From NCBI GenBank assembly GCA_051530055.1, contig CM121342.1, positions 9,191,480-9,255,479 on the forward strand: a DNA stretch of 64,000 bases, given 5' to 3'. The translations under genes and the position numbers were made by a program. This document shows positions 23,291-34,024 of this stretch, one piece after another (within the stretch, counting starts at the first letter, position 1; each line of letters starts with the position of its first letter). The notes beneath the pieces were generated by a model. The model did not search any database. It saw nothing but the letters and a program-made list of their open reading frames with translations, and was not told where the DNA came from. This stretch comes from Neoechinorhynchus agilis (taxonomy: Eukaryota; Animalia; Acanthocephala).

Positions 23291-24226
23291 GTTCGGTTCA
23301 CCTGGTCACGATAATCTGAAATTAAAGACTATAATCGTTTTTAATTTAAAAACAAAACGCTTACCACGCCGTCAGTACAAATCATTTATTTGAAATTTCA
23401 ACGACTATTCTTATTAATCGACAAAAAATCCTTTAAAGATACTCTTTATTCAATTACCTTTGCAGCACTTGCTGAACTGCATTTAGAATATATACAATTT
23501 TTTGAATTAGCTAAGGATTCGAATCTTTATAGCCGTTTTATTCACTTTATTGCGGAATTGATTCTTTTTCTAATTTGACTATCAATGCATGCAATAGAAA
23601 AAACGTACACGGCATAAAAATATACTCTGTATAGAACTACAATTGATTATTTATTCAATATTTCGATCCCCTATCTTGGATCTTCTTCAGAATTGTTTGC
23701 GAGTGTTTACGACGATAGATCGTGTCAGTCGGAAGCACTTGCAAACAATTATGAAGAAGATGCAAGATAGGGTGAATTTAATAAATAATCAATTGAAGTT
23801 CTCCAAAACAACCAACAAACTATGAATCATATTTTCAATATACTCCATATATCCGGACTTCTTTGAAAAAATAACAAAAAGTAGCCATATTTAGCTGTTA
23901 CCTTATTGTTCCAAGCAACGTCAATAATAAAAAAAGGCCTCTCTTTGTTACATTTGAAACTTACAAGCAATACTTGAGAAGGAGGCTGAGGCTTTGAAAA
24001 TTCGCAATGAAGAGTTCGATAAAGCTCGAGCGTGTTACAATTCACCATTGAGAATACACGTCGACTCGAAGGAACAATTGAATCGAATAAAAAAGTGTCA
24101 CACGAATATATCGCTAACTAAACTTTAATGAGGAGACTAAATTTATTAGTTCGGAATGGGTAACAACACGTTTTATTTTGTTTAAGAAGAGGATCCATGT
24201 ACCTCTGGATCTTCGTGATCATTTTA

Positions 24227-25024
24227 GAGTGGGTGACTGATCCGGAATGGATGACGGATCCTGAATGGGTGTTGGATCCTAAGTGGATGACTGATCCGGT
24301 TTGGGTGACTGATCCGGAATGGATGTTGGATCCGAAGTGGATGACTGATCCGGGGTGGATGACTGATCCGGAATGGATGTTGGATCCGAAGTGGATGACT
24401 GATCCGGAATGGATGTTGGATCCGGAGTGGATGTTGGATCCGAAGTGGATGACGGATCCGGAGTGGATGACGGATCCGAAGTGGATGACGGATCCGGTGT
24501 GGATGACTGATCCGGTTTGGGTTACTGAACCGGAATGGATGTTGGATCCGAAATGGATGACTGATCCGGGGTGGATGACTGATCCGGAATGGATATTGGA
24601 TCCGAAGTGGATGACTGATCCGGAATGGATGTTGGATCCGGAGTGGATGTTGGATCCGAAGTGGATGACGGATCCGGAGTGGATGACGAATCCGAAGTGG
24701 ATGACGGATCCGGTGTGGATGACTGATCCGGTTTGGGTTACTGATCCGGAATGGATGTTGGATCCGAAATGGATGACTGATCCGGGGTGGATGACTGATC
24801 CGGAATGGATGTTGGATCCGAAGTGGATGACTGATCCGGAATGGATGTTGGATCCGGAGTGGATGTTGGATCCGAAGTGGATGACGGATCCGAAGTGGAT
24901 GACGGATCCGAAGTGGATGACGGATCCGGTGTGGATGACTGGTCCGGTTTGGGTGACTGATCCGGTTTGGGTGACTGATCCGGAATGGATGTTGGATTCG
25001 AAGTGGATGACGGATCCGGGGTGG
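24227..25024. repeat. 18-bp minisatellite (~44 units) with a 216-bp higher-order repeat
   Basis: Unit like ggatgactgatccggaat; marker ggg(t)(g/t)act at 24303, 24519 and 24735 (216-bp spacing). Confidence 0.95.
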
Positions 25025-25224
25025 TCCTTTGGTTTCTGATTCATCGAGATCCTGTTCACAGCGCCAATTGTTATGTCTTTTATTATTCCCTCGTAAACTC
25101 ACTAACACACCACACTATATTTGCACCCGTAAACACGCGTTTTACCGGTCGCTCATTATCGATCCAAATACTCTATGTCACAGATATAATCTAGAGGAAA
25201 GTTGTTCGGAATTTTTTTTGGTTG

Positions 25225-25668
25225 CTGAGAACGGCGAACTTCCACAACATCCTGGAACCCGCCCATCTTTGTCGACTAGACGGTCGCCGACCTGACGGAA
25301 TTTCGGTCTTTCCGTGGCGGGAGGGCAAATGCCTTCTCTAGGACGCAACGCGTGTACACACCCTCGCAGCCGGCAACATCCCCTACTCCCTCGAAATCGC
25401 CGGTGGTGCCGCCAGTGCAATGAAAGCGAGGAAAGTACGAAAATATAGGGATTTACAGAAGGCCCACTATTTTGATCCCTTCGGAGTAGAGACCTATGGA
25501 GCGCTTTCTCAGCTCGGCACTCACTCTGCTCCAAGATCTCTCGAAGAAATTAAGGGAAACGACCGGCGACGCGCGGGGAGGTGTATTCCTGCGACAAAAT
25601 ATCTCGCAGTACAACGAGGCAATTCGGCTAGCGTGATAGCGACAGCCGAGGAAGGAGAGAAGCTCTAA
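25225..25668 (+). mobile_element. CRE-clade endonuclease 3' fragment (5'-truncated copy)
   Basis: NILEPAHL.RLDGRRPDGISVFPWREGKCLL*DAT, YFDPFGVETYGAL, LAVQRGNSASV. Confidence 0.88.
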
Positions 25669-26139
25669 TTTTGCGGACGGTGGCGATTGCACAACTCGGA
25701 AAATAAAGTTTAAATTAGAAATAATTAACCATTTAGAAATAATTAACCATTAGCTTCTTTTTCGTGCTTTGTATTCATCCACTGACCTTTGTGGTATTTC
25801 AGTTGATTTTAAAATCGTGAATAAACATTGTCAGTTAGCTGCAGGGCATTCTCCGAGCCACTCGCAAATGCAAGCAATCCAATTTTAGTGAATTTTTCGA
25901 CGAAACTGAATTGGCTGTTTATATTTTGATTTTGCCACCAAATAACGACTTCAATTGGTTAGAGTGTGTCGCGAATCGGACAAAGACAAGTTAAATCCTT
26001 TTTTCTAATTTGCTTATTCGTTGCCTTTGAATGAATTTAATTTTTATATTGAAGATTTGAAAGGTCCTTTGTTATTGCAAATTGTGACTAAATCTATTGA
26101 AGATTGTTTGATAGACAATCCGACTGAAAGATAGATTTT

Positions 26140-26644
26140 ATTCAAACACCTAGCTTTCGCCGTCCAACGGCTTCTTCAGGGTGTAATCTACAATGCGAGT
26201 GAAGTGGAGTGGAAGTTCACATTAGATTCATGACGGCAGACAACTCATCCTTCTGGTTAATGAGTGTCCTACCGACCGATGCCCGCTAGAGTCCTCACGA
26301 TCCCGGGTCTCTCGGGATATGATCAGCGCTTCCGCTATCGACAGTTCGACGGGATCCTGCGCTTTGTACATTATGCGCGTGGACAGCTGAACTGTTCCAT
26401 CCGGGTGGACTCGCGAATAATGTTTCGCCCACGGTGTCGTCACATACGATTGCGCACTTGGATTCAACGAGTTTCGTACATGCTCGGCCACTCTTTGGCG
26501 AAGTGGCCTTTCTGTTTTTCCCACGTACGTGACCAAGTGGCCACGGTCAATCCGACACCGTTCACACCGGATCTCGTAGACCACACTGCTCTGGTTGACA
26601 AAGGAATATTATGACCTTTTCAATTTTATTCGTCGCTGAGAACC
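26140..26644 (-). mobile_element. Penelope-like GIY-YIG 3' fragment
   Basis: VVYEIRCERC...TYVGKTERPLRQRVAEH...LSIAEALII in ORF 26228-26584. Confidence 0.85.
26146..26184 (-). ncRNA. Minimal type I hammerhead ribozyme
   Basis: ACACC-CTGAAGA-A-GCCG(ttgga)CGGC-GAA-AGCT-A-GGTGT, followed by AATAAA. Confidence 0.88.
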
Positions 26645-26729
26645 CCAATGATCGTATAACTAATAAGAAACCAATGGTTCTCAGCGACGAATAAAATTGA
26701 AAAGGTCATAACATTCCTTTGTCAACCAG
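26591..26729. repeat. Inverted repeat, 54-bp arms (1 mismatch), 31-nt spacer
   Basis: 26591-26644 is the reverse complement of 26676-26729. Confidence 0.95.
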
Positions 26730-26793
26730 TCTTTATTTTGCCGGATTCAATCATTTTGCAGGATTATCGTTATGACTTTATTAAGGCATCCAG

Positions 26794-28013
26794 TTGTCAT
26801 TCGAACAGTACGAAAATGTTTCAATTTTGCCGCATTTTTACAAGGTCGCAATCGATATTCGATTGCAAATGATGAGAGAGATTCGAATCAAGGGCAAATG
26901 TCTCGTCGACATTCTTGTGGAAAATCGAACTTATCATGCTGTCAAATTCAGTGTGTTGGAGGACCTTTGTACGGACGTCATACTCGGTCTAGAATTTCAA
27001 AAACTCCACAGAAGCATTCGTTTTGTCTATAATAGTTCCAAAGATGAATTGACAATCAAGCCCCTATCAGACTGTTGCAAATTGATCAAAGCTGGCATGT
27101 TGGAAACCCCATTGTTTGACTCGATCCCTCGGAATATTAAGCCTGTTGTGACCAAATCGCGAATGTTTAGCGTTGAAGACCGTTCGTTTATCGATGGTGA
27201 AGTAAAAAAGTTACTTTATGCAGGCGTGATAGAACCTAGTCGATCTCCGTACCCTACAGGCAACGCTCAGATAGAGCGATTCAATGGCACGGTTTGGAGA
27301 TCTGTGAGCTTAACTATTTATTCACGCGGTTTGCGCATATCGGATTGGGAGGAGGTATTACCTCAAGCCTTGCACGCCGCTCGGTCTCTAATCGTACGAA
27401 CAACCAACTCTACTCCCCACGACCGATTTTTCAGCTTTGCGAGGCGATCGTCTTATGGCTCGTCACTTCCGTCCTGGTTATTGTCTCCAGGTCGAGTATT
27501 ATTACGCAATTTCGTGCGAAATAAAACAGAACCGCTGGTGCGAGAAGTTGAATTGATAGAAGCGAATTCAACACATACAAGAATACGATATGAAGATGGT
27601 ACGGAAAGTTAAGTTTCGACCAAGGACCTTGCCAAATTTCCAGCACTCGATAGCACTAACGATAATTTCATCGAGTGCCCAGACGAAAACAGTCGAATAC
27701 CGGGTTCCGGTGATCCAAACGATTGCGAAACGAAGGTCCCACTAGAAGACAAAAAAACTGTACCACTGATTGCCGTACTGAGATATTCCCGAGTCAACCT
27801 TCTACGAGTGCCCGGAACTCCGCAGATCTATACGAATACGACGAAGACCAGAACGATATCGGTGAAAACTCTAAGAGAGCGAGAATGACGTAATAATTAT
27901 ACGCGACTAATTCTTCGTCGCCATAATTCAGCCGCTTACTAATCCGCACGCACGTACGCATTCACGCATACCGTTATTTTTCAAGTTGAATAAAACTGTT
28001 TGTGTCCACCACA
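26794..28013 (+). mobile_element. Internally deleted Ty3/Gypsy pol (protease, RT start, integrase C-terminus) with putative 3' LTR
   Basis: DVILGLEF, GVIEPSRSP fused to YPTGNAQIERFNGT, W...LP..L.A.R; purine tract before TG at 27886, AATAAA, CA at 28013. Confidence 0.75.
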
Positions 28014-28059
28014 CCGTCAAAGTTGTCTTTTCTGTTACTTTGAAATTGTTCCTTAACCT

Positions 28060-28449
28060 CTACGGTGCGATGCCAGTGAATAAGGGTACGGTGCTGTGCT
28101 CCTGCAACAGTACGAAAACGAGTGGAAACCATTGGCATACGCATCAAGAACCTTATCAAGAGCTGAACAGAATTATGCAACGATTGACAAGGAAGCAGCT
28201 GCGATTTTATTTGATGTGAAGAAATTTCACCATTTCATATTTAGAAAGAGATTCCTTTTAAGGACCGATCATAAACCTCTGATTCACATTTTTGGCACGG
28301 GAAGAGAACTGAGCAGGATATTAAGCAATCCGCTACGAAGATGGGCCATTGCCATGATGCAATACGACTATGAGATCGAGTTCTTCAGGGGAAACGAAAA
28401 TGTGATTGTCGAGAATGCCGGAACCGCTAGATGGAACGCGAGCCAATAA
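28060..28449 (+). mobile_element. Ty3/Gypsy RNase H fragment
   Basis: DASE*GYGAVLLQ, KPLAYASRTLSRAEQNYATIDKEAAAI, RTDHKPL, LRRWAI.MMQYDYEIEF. Confidence 0.9.
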
Positions 28450-29129
28450 TGTTACGTTTGGTGTATAGAGTTGACGGCTACGATGCGAATCATAAAATAA
28501 CGGATACTATCGATTGGGACCGGAAAATAGAGAATTTCGAGATGGATCCTTCCTCCCGTACCTCACCGAGCGAATGGGCAACGTAATTCCGCTCAAGAAT
28601 TCGTACGTTATGAGCTTAAGAAACACAATAAAAGCAGTGCGACTTTCAAATTCAACAACAGCGATAAACAGTCCGCACATCACGCGCGTTTAATAAGCAA
28701 ACAACAGCATCGCGACTTATCCAACAACTGCGATAAAGAGTTCGCACGTTACGCTCGCAAACACTGACGACGAAGTGCCGTAATGCCAGCTATAAAGATA
28801 TATCGGCTGAAGTGAAACGGCTTGACAAAACGGGCAACGAATATACTTTAAAGCGTATTAAATGAAGCAACTCTGCTAAGGAATCAAACGCTGTTATAAA
28901 AGGATTCCTCCAATTTACGCAAAGAACACGGAATGCATCAAAGGTCTTCGGCAAATGATAACATTCAGTTGTCAGTCACCCAATCACAAACTCTCCTGCC
29001 ACCTCACCTTTCCCGCTCTTTAACCTCTAACGAAATCACACACGTAAAAGATTTCTGCACCGCAATTTGATCATTGCTGAAGTGGTGAACGGCCCTGGGT
29101 ATCGGGTCTTAAGGCTGTTAGCTATATAT

Positions 29130-29690
29130 AAACACGTTTTATTAATTTAAGAAAAGCACGATCCATACGCTTGCCTGCATCTATCTTTGCTGTAGGAGTA
29201 TGGATGACGGATGTTGAAGGCAAGGCAGTTGGGATTGGTTATTGAAGGGGTGTTGATGTTGGATCGGAGGCTTTGTAAAGGAGATGACAGATTAGAAGTC
29301 TTTCCTTGTTCTCCGGTTATTAAGGAAAGATTGGGCTTGGGGGAAGAAAGATTTTTGGTAGGGGGTGGTACGAGCGAGGGGGGGGACGAAAAATGTTGGG
29401 GTTACGGGTGTTTACGAAGGAAGAGTATTTAGAGATGAAAGAAGAAAATTGTGGAGGGGGTTGAAGAAGACGGAGGGCGTTTTTGGAGAAAATGGAGTGG
29501 AGGTGGGCGTCTAGGGGAGGGAGTGAAATCCCGCGTGTTCTCGCTGCTCTCTTGTACAAGGTTTTGAGGGAATGGAGAGCAATGGCGGAAAGGGCGAGGA
29601 AAGTGGGGAAAGCGTATGTAAGGATAGGAAGGATTTGTTGTATTGTATTGTATGCAACGGTACTTTCCTACGTCGCACCGTAGGTATAAG
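29130..29690 (-). mobile_element. LINE ORF2 3' remnant
   Basis: ILPILTYAFPTF...LYKRAAR post-RT-like segment ending in AATAAA and a TA-rich tail at ~29130. Confidence 0.45.
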
Positions 29691-29694
29691 CCCG

Positions 29695-31380
29695 TCAGAT
29701 AGAATTAGACTCCGCAAGGGATCTAAAATACACGACAGCAGTCCTGTTATGCGGGCAATTCGCGTCTCTTAAAATCAGGTCATCGTATGTACGACAGTTC
29801 CCTTTGCCTTTACGATGGAATGTCGTTGGCTTCCGCAAAAGGAACTGTTGCACGACCTGTGGGCAAGATGCCTCGGACCGAATTATGTTGCCCGTGAACT
29901 GCAGTCGTCTGCGGCGCAAATATTCACTGGGCGGTTGGACTCCGGCTCTCTTATACAGTGCTTTGTTGGTCACTTTATCTGACCATCTGACCTTGAACGC
30001 CGCACGTAAGAGAGATGAATGATTTTGGTCCAACTGCCCCGTCGCCGTTGGTGACAGTGTCCAAGTCTCTACATTGTAGTAGAGAATGCTCTCAATTAGA
30101 GTCCTGAGCAGCTGCGAACGGAGTTCATCTGGCAAAGACTCATTGTCAAACAGTGGTTTAAGTTGCCCCATTGCTCTCCAAGCTATAGCTCTCCGTCGGC
30201 TGACATCCGTACTCACCTCAGGAACGACAGCTCCCAGATAGACATACCGCTCTATCTGTTTTAATTGCCCAACGCCATTCGGCCCTTCGCCAGAGACTGT
30301 ATGCGCGCCATGCGGAATCGTCAACAATTCCGTCTTTTTCGAATTGATGGTCAGACCAATCATACTCGCCCCCTCGCACAGTCTATTTAGCATGCGTTGA
30401 GCTCCTTCGATTGTTGAGGACATCAATACGATGTCCTCAGCATATGCCATGTAGGAGGCGCGTATCTCAGGATACCTGCGACCTCTTTTCCTCAACAGAA
30501 GAAATCCATCTTCATCATTCGGTAGTGCCCATCTCATTACCCAACCAAGCACCAAGATGAAGAGGAAAGGAGCCAATGTGTCGCCCTGCAGAACACCTGA
30601 AGTGGTGGAAAAGTATTCTGTCAAACCGTCAGCTGTCTTGACGGCAGATCTTGTGTTTTTATATAATGCCATAACGGATGTGACAATGATCGGCGGCACT
30701 CCATACTCCTTTAAGATACCGTCAATCATCGTTCTATTTACCGAATCGAAAGCTCGGTGGAAATCAACAAATACCAGCGTCACATCCGTTTGATGAATTC
30801 GTGCCTCCTCGGGGATCCTCCTCAAAGCCAATATGTGCTATTTGGTGCATCGACCTTTCCTGAAGCCGTTCTGTTCAATTCTTAGAAACGGTTCGAGGAT
30901 TGGCTGAATTCGGCGTCTCAAAATGCTGCTGAAAAGTTTTGCCGTGTTGGACATCAAGGATATACCTCTGTAGTCCTCCATCTTTGTCGAGCAGCATTTC
31001 TTGGGGATCATTGTTAAATGCGCCGTTTGCCAGATTTGAGGTACTGAGCCACCATTCATTATGCCATTCATTATCGGTATGATTTTTCTGGCAATAGATT
31101 CAAACCTCAGTACCTCGGCCATTATCCCATCTGGGCCTGACGCATCATTTTCGCCGCAACGATCGCTTCCTTCACGGAAATCGGTCCAGCGAAGTATGCC
31201 TCAGTGCTTGGGACGATTGTGCCTTTTGCAAGTGCAGGACTCACTTCCAAAGACGATAATGGCGAATTGAGAATTTCCGCAAAATAATTTGCGATTCTCT
31301 TTTTTCTGATTTCCAGGGAGGGACCTTCAATCAAAGTTGGCTGTCTTTGGGATCTTCCTATGAGAGTGTCTATCGCTCTC
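29695..31380 (-). mobile_element. RTE-like non-LTR retrotransposon RT region, frameshifted
   Basis: GPDG, MIPKK, YRGISLM, EQNGFRKGR, FVDFHRAFDSV, GVLQGDTLAPFLF, YAED (mutated YADD), INSKKTE, YVYLG. Confidence 0.88.
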
Positions 31381-31513
31381 CATGCTAAGGAGGTACGAAC
31401 AAAACCTTCCTTATATGCGATGCCGCGAACTGCATCCTCTATCGAAGCTTTTTGCTTTTCATTATAGAGGTTGGCAAGTTCAAGACTTGCAATGCGAGCC
31501 TGAGATCGTTTTC

Positions 31514-33110
31514 CTCATGCAATATAACCAATCGATATGGAAAGGTACAATAGTCACAAACGTTTGAAGTTATTTTGTGTGATAAGTGCGCAATGGCACA
31601 CAACAAATCCCTTCAGGCGCTTGATTCGACGTTGAAGGACCAAAGTTCATACAAAACGTCCTTTTGCCGATTGTTCGATTCGCCCGGTCGTTAACTCGAT
31701 AAAAATTTCAATTTTAAGCACTAAAATGAAACAAGTAAACATTCCGGGAATTAATTTTTTCGCATCGCTCAAAATGATCATTTCTATAGTATGAGTCTCA
31801 ATCTTCTGCATCAAGAGAAAGACCCTCCAAATTCACAAACATTATTAAGGGTCCGAGATTTTAAATGTCTGAAACACGAATTAAAAGACGTTCTTAGTGC
31901 AAAATCGGAATGCAGAGCAGGTGGTGAAGAACGATGAGAAATCCACCGCAAGAGGTTTTGAGAACTGTGCTTACCGGTTGCAATGGAGACAGACATTTTC
32001 GTTCGGACCACAATGCTATGATGATCGGTGTTTTTATTCAATTGAAGAAGCAACGAAAGAGGTAAAATAAAAGATGGATCAATGAGATTTTGTAAATCAC
32101 GTACAAAAATGCCCTTTGGTTGGAATGCCATAAAAGCGATGGATAAGATCAAATCAATAAAATGGTGAACAGAATGAGAAGGAATATATTAATTGCTTCT
32201 TTTATTTTTGAGTTTGACTGTTTTCACATAAAGTTCTAGCGATTCTCGCTGCTTTGAACGGCACGAAAAAATGTTGTCCGTCGAGTCTTGCGAAATCAGG
32301 CCACCATTCACACGTAAACAACCTTTTCCGTATTTTATCTTTTATTCTTAAACGCCCTCTGAGCTACCAAAAGCAGCATCGATCGTCATCGGGCTTCGAC
32401 CTTCAGTCGATACTTACTGTCAGCAGAGGAAAATACAAGAAAGCTTTGTATCCACCGAAAGGGTTCCCTTCTTTTTAACATCTCATTCCTTCCCTGCATA
32501 AAAACCTCCTCATCTGAAACGTCGATGTCGCTTCTACGTCTCTCTTTCGATGAAAGCGATTCTGAAATCTGTTTGAAGATTTTTTTCAATTTAATCACTT
32601 TCGTTGATTTTATATACGTACAATATGGGATCTATTTGGTTACTTTTCTTTACATTCACCACCTCCCACCAAATTCCAGCTTTTGTCCTTCCTCGACCGT
32701 CGCCATCACGCTGGCAGCATTGTCCCGTTGTACTGCCAGCGAGATATTTTGTCGAAGAAATAAGCCTGCTCTTGAGTCTCCGGTTGCTTTATGGCGACGA
32801 AGTTAAAATTACTTTCAATTTGATGTAGAAACAATTTACAGCATTGATAAAGGAAAAAAGATTGTGCCGATATATCGGATTTTAAGATAAATTCATTTTA
32901 ATTTCTTTTCCATTAAACAAATATTCTTAAAATCTAAGAAATCCGCCAGTAGAATTGCCGGATAATCTTCTTAATTGTGAATATTTGCATAAACAACATT
33001 TTTGTTTGCTGGTTTCAGATCTTTGATCGAAAACTTCCAATATCTTATTTATTAATTAAGAATAGGTCAAAACATTTTACTTGATGTCCGACCCTTCCAC
33101 GACCGTTTAA
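31514..33110. repeat. Segmental duplication, copy 1 (paralogue of 57868-59279)
   Basis: Near-identical sequence; this copy has extra 32581-32787. Confidence 0.95.
32581..32787 (-). mobile_element. Short 5'-truncated CRE 3' end with A7 tail
   Basis: Matches 75-205 (ccacctccc...gagtctccggttgc); absent from the paralogue at 58936-58956. Confidence 0.85.
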
Positions 33111-34024
33111 AAGATTCGTAACCTCCAGTAGCAAACTAGTAAACGGCTGAATTCGGCTGAAATACAAATTTACCATTCTAAAATATAAACGCTTTCTTCG
33201 TCAATTGGTTCAATGAAATCGCGGTTTCGTTAATATTCAATCACGGCGGTTAAATCAACGTGCTTTTAAACAGTTCTATGCCGTAAAATAAAATGACAAA
33301 GATTTGCTAAAGTACATTTAATAATCGCGCCTTCCGTAATCTCAATCGCTACTTAAAATGATTCTAAGCTTATCTAGACGATTTTCAGCTTTCGTTTTAC
33401 GATTGGTTTCTTGCTCAATTTAAAATAAAGTAATCTGAACGCACTTATCGTGTAGGCAAATGAAAATTTGGAATTCTGAGATTTTGCAAAAATATTATCC
33501 GTTTTATAGCGGAAAAAATATAATCGAATTTTTTTAATTGAAATTTAAACAGAGATGAAGATACGTTTTTATTTTTGAGGACAGTTACAAGATTCGATAT
33601 TTGCTTATGCAAGCGTTTTTTAATTTCAAATAGATCTCGCAAATTAATTCTTAAAAAAAGAAATTTGCCTCTTGACGATTGAAGTAAATAGGACCATAAT
33701 ATCTTGTCTAAAAAGAAATATTAAAATTATAAAAATGTCGAACAAATCTAGCTCCGTTCCCTTTGCGCCATAGAAACAATATTAATCGTAACCACATTTA
33801 ATAAATTTAACAAAGTTCACAGGATAAATAAAAGATGCCTTCGGATGATCTGTAATTGTTTACACAAAAAATAAAAGTGGTATTAAGAGTGTAAATATGA
33901 TTGAAAAATCGTGTGAAATTGGCTATTGTTATGAGAAATGATTCCCTACTTTTCAAAACTACATTATCATATGATTTAAATGGGCCATAGCCATAATTGT
34001 GAGAAAGGTAAAAAATTACGAATT

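Noticed and set aside
23318-23370. Apparent minus-strand GT-AG intron (gtaagc..tttcag)
   Set aside because: Splicing gives a stop within a few codons, and the downstream sequence is a decayed CRE fragment.
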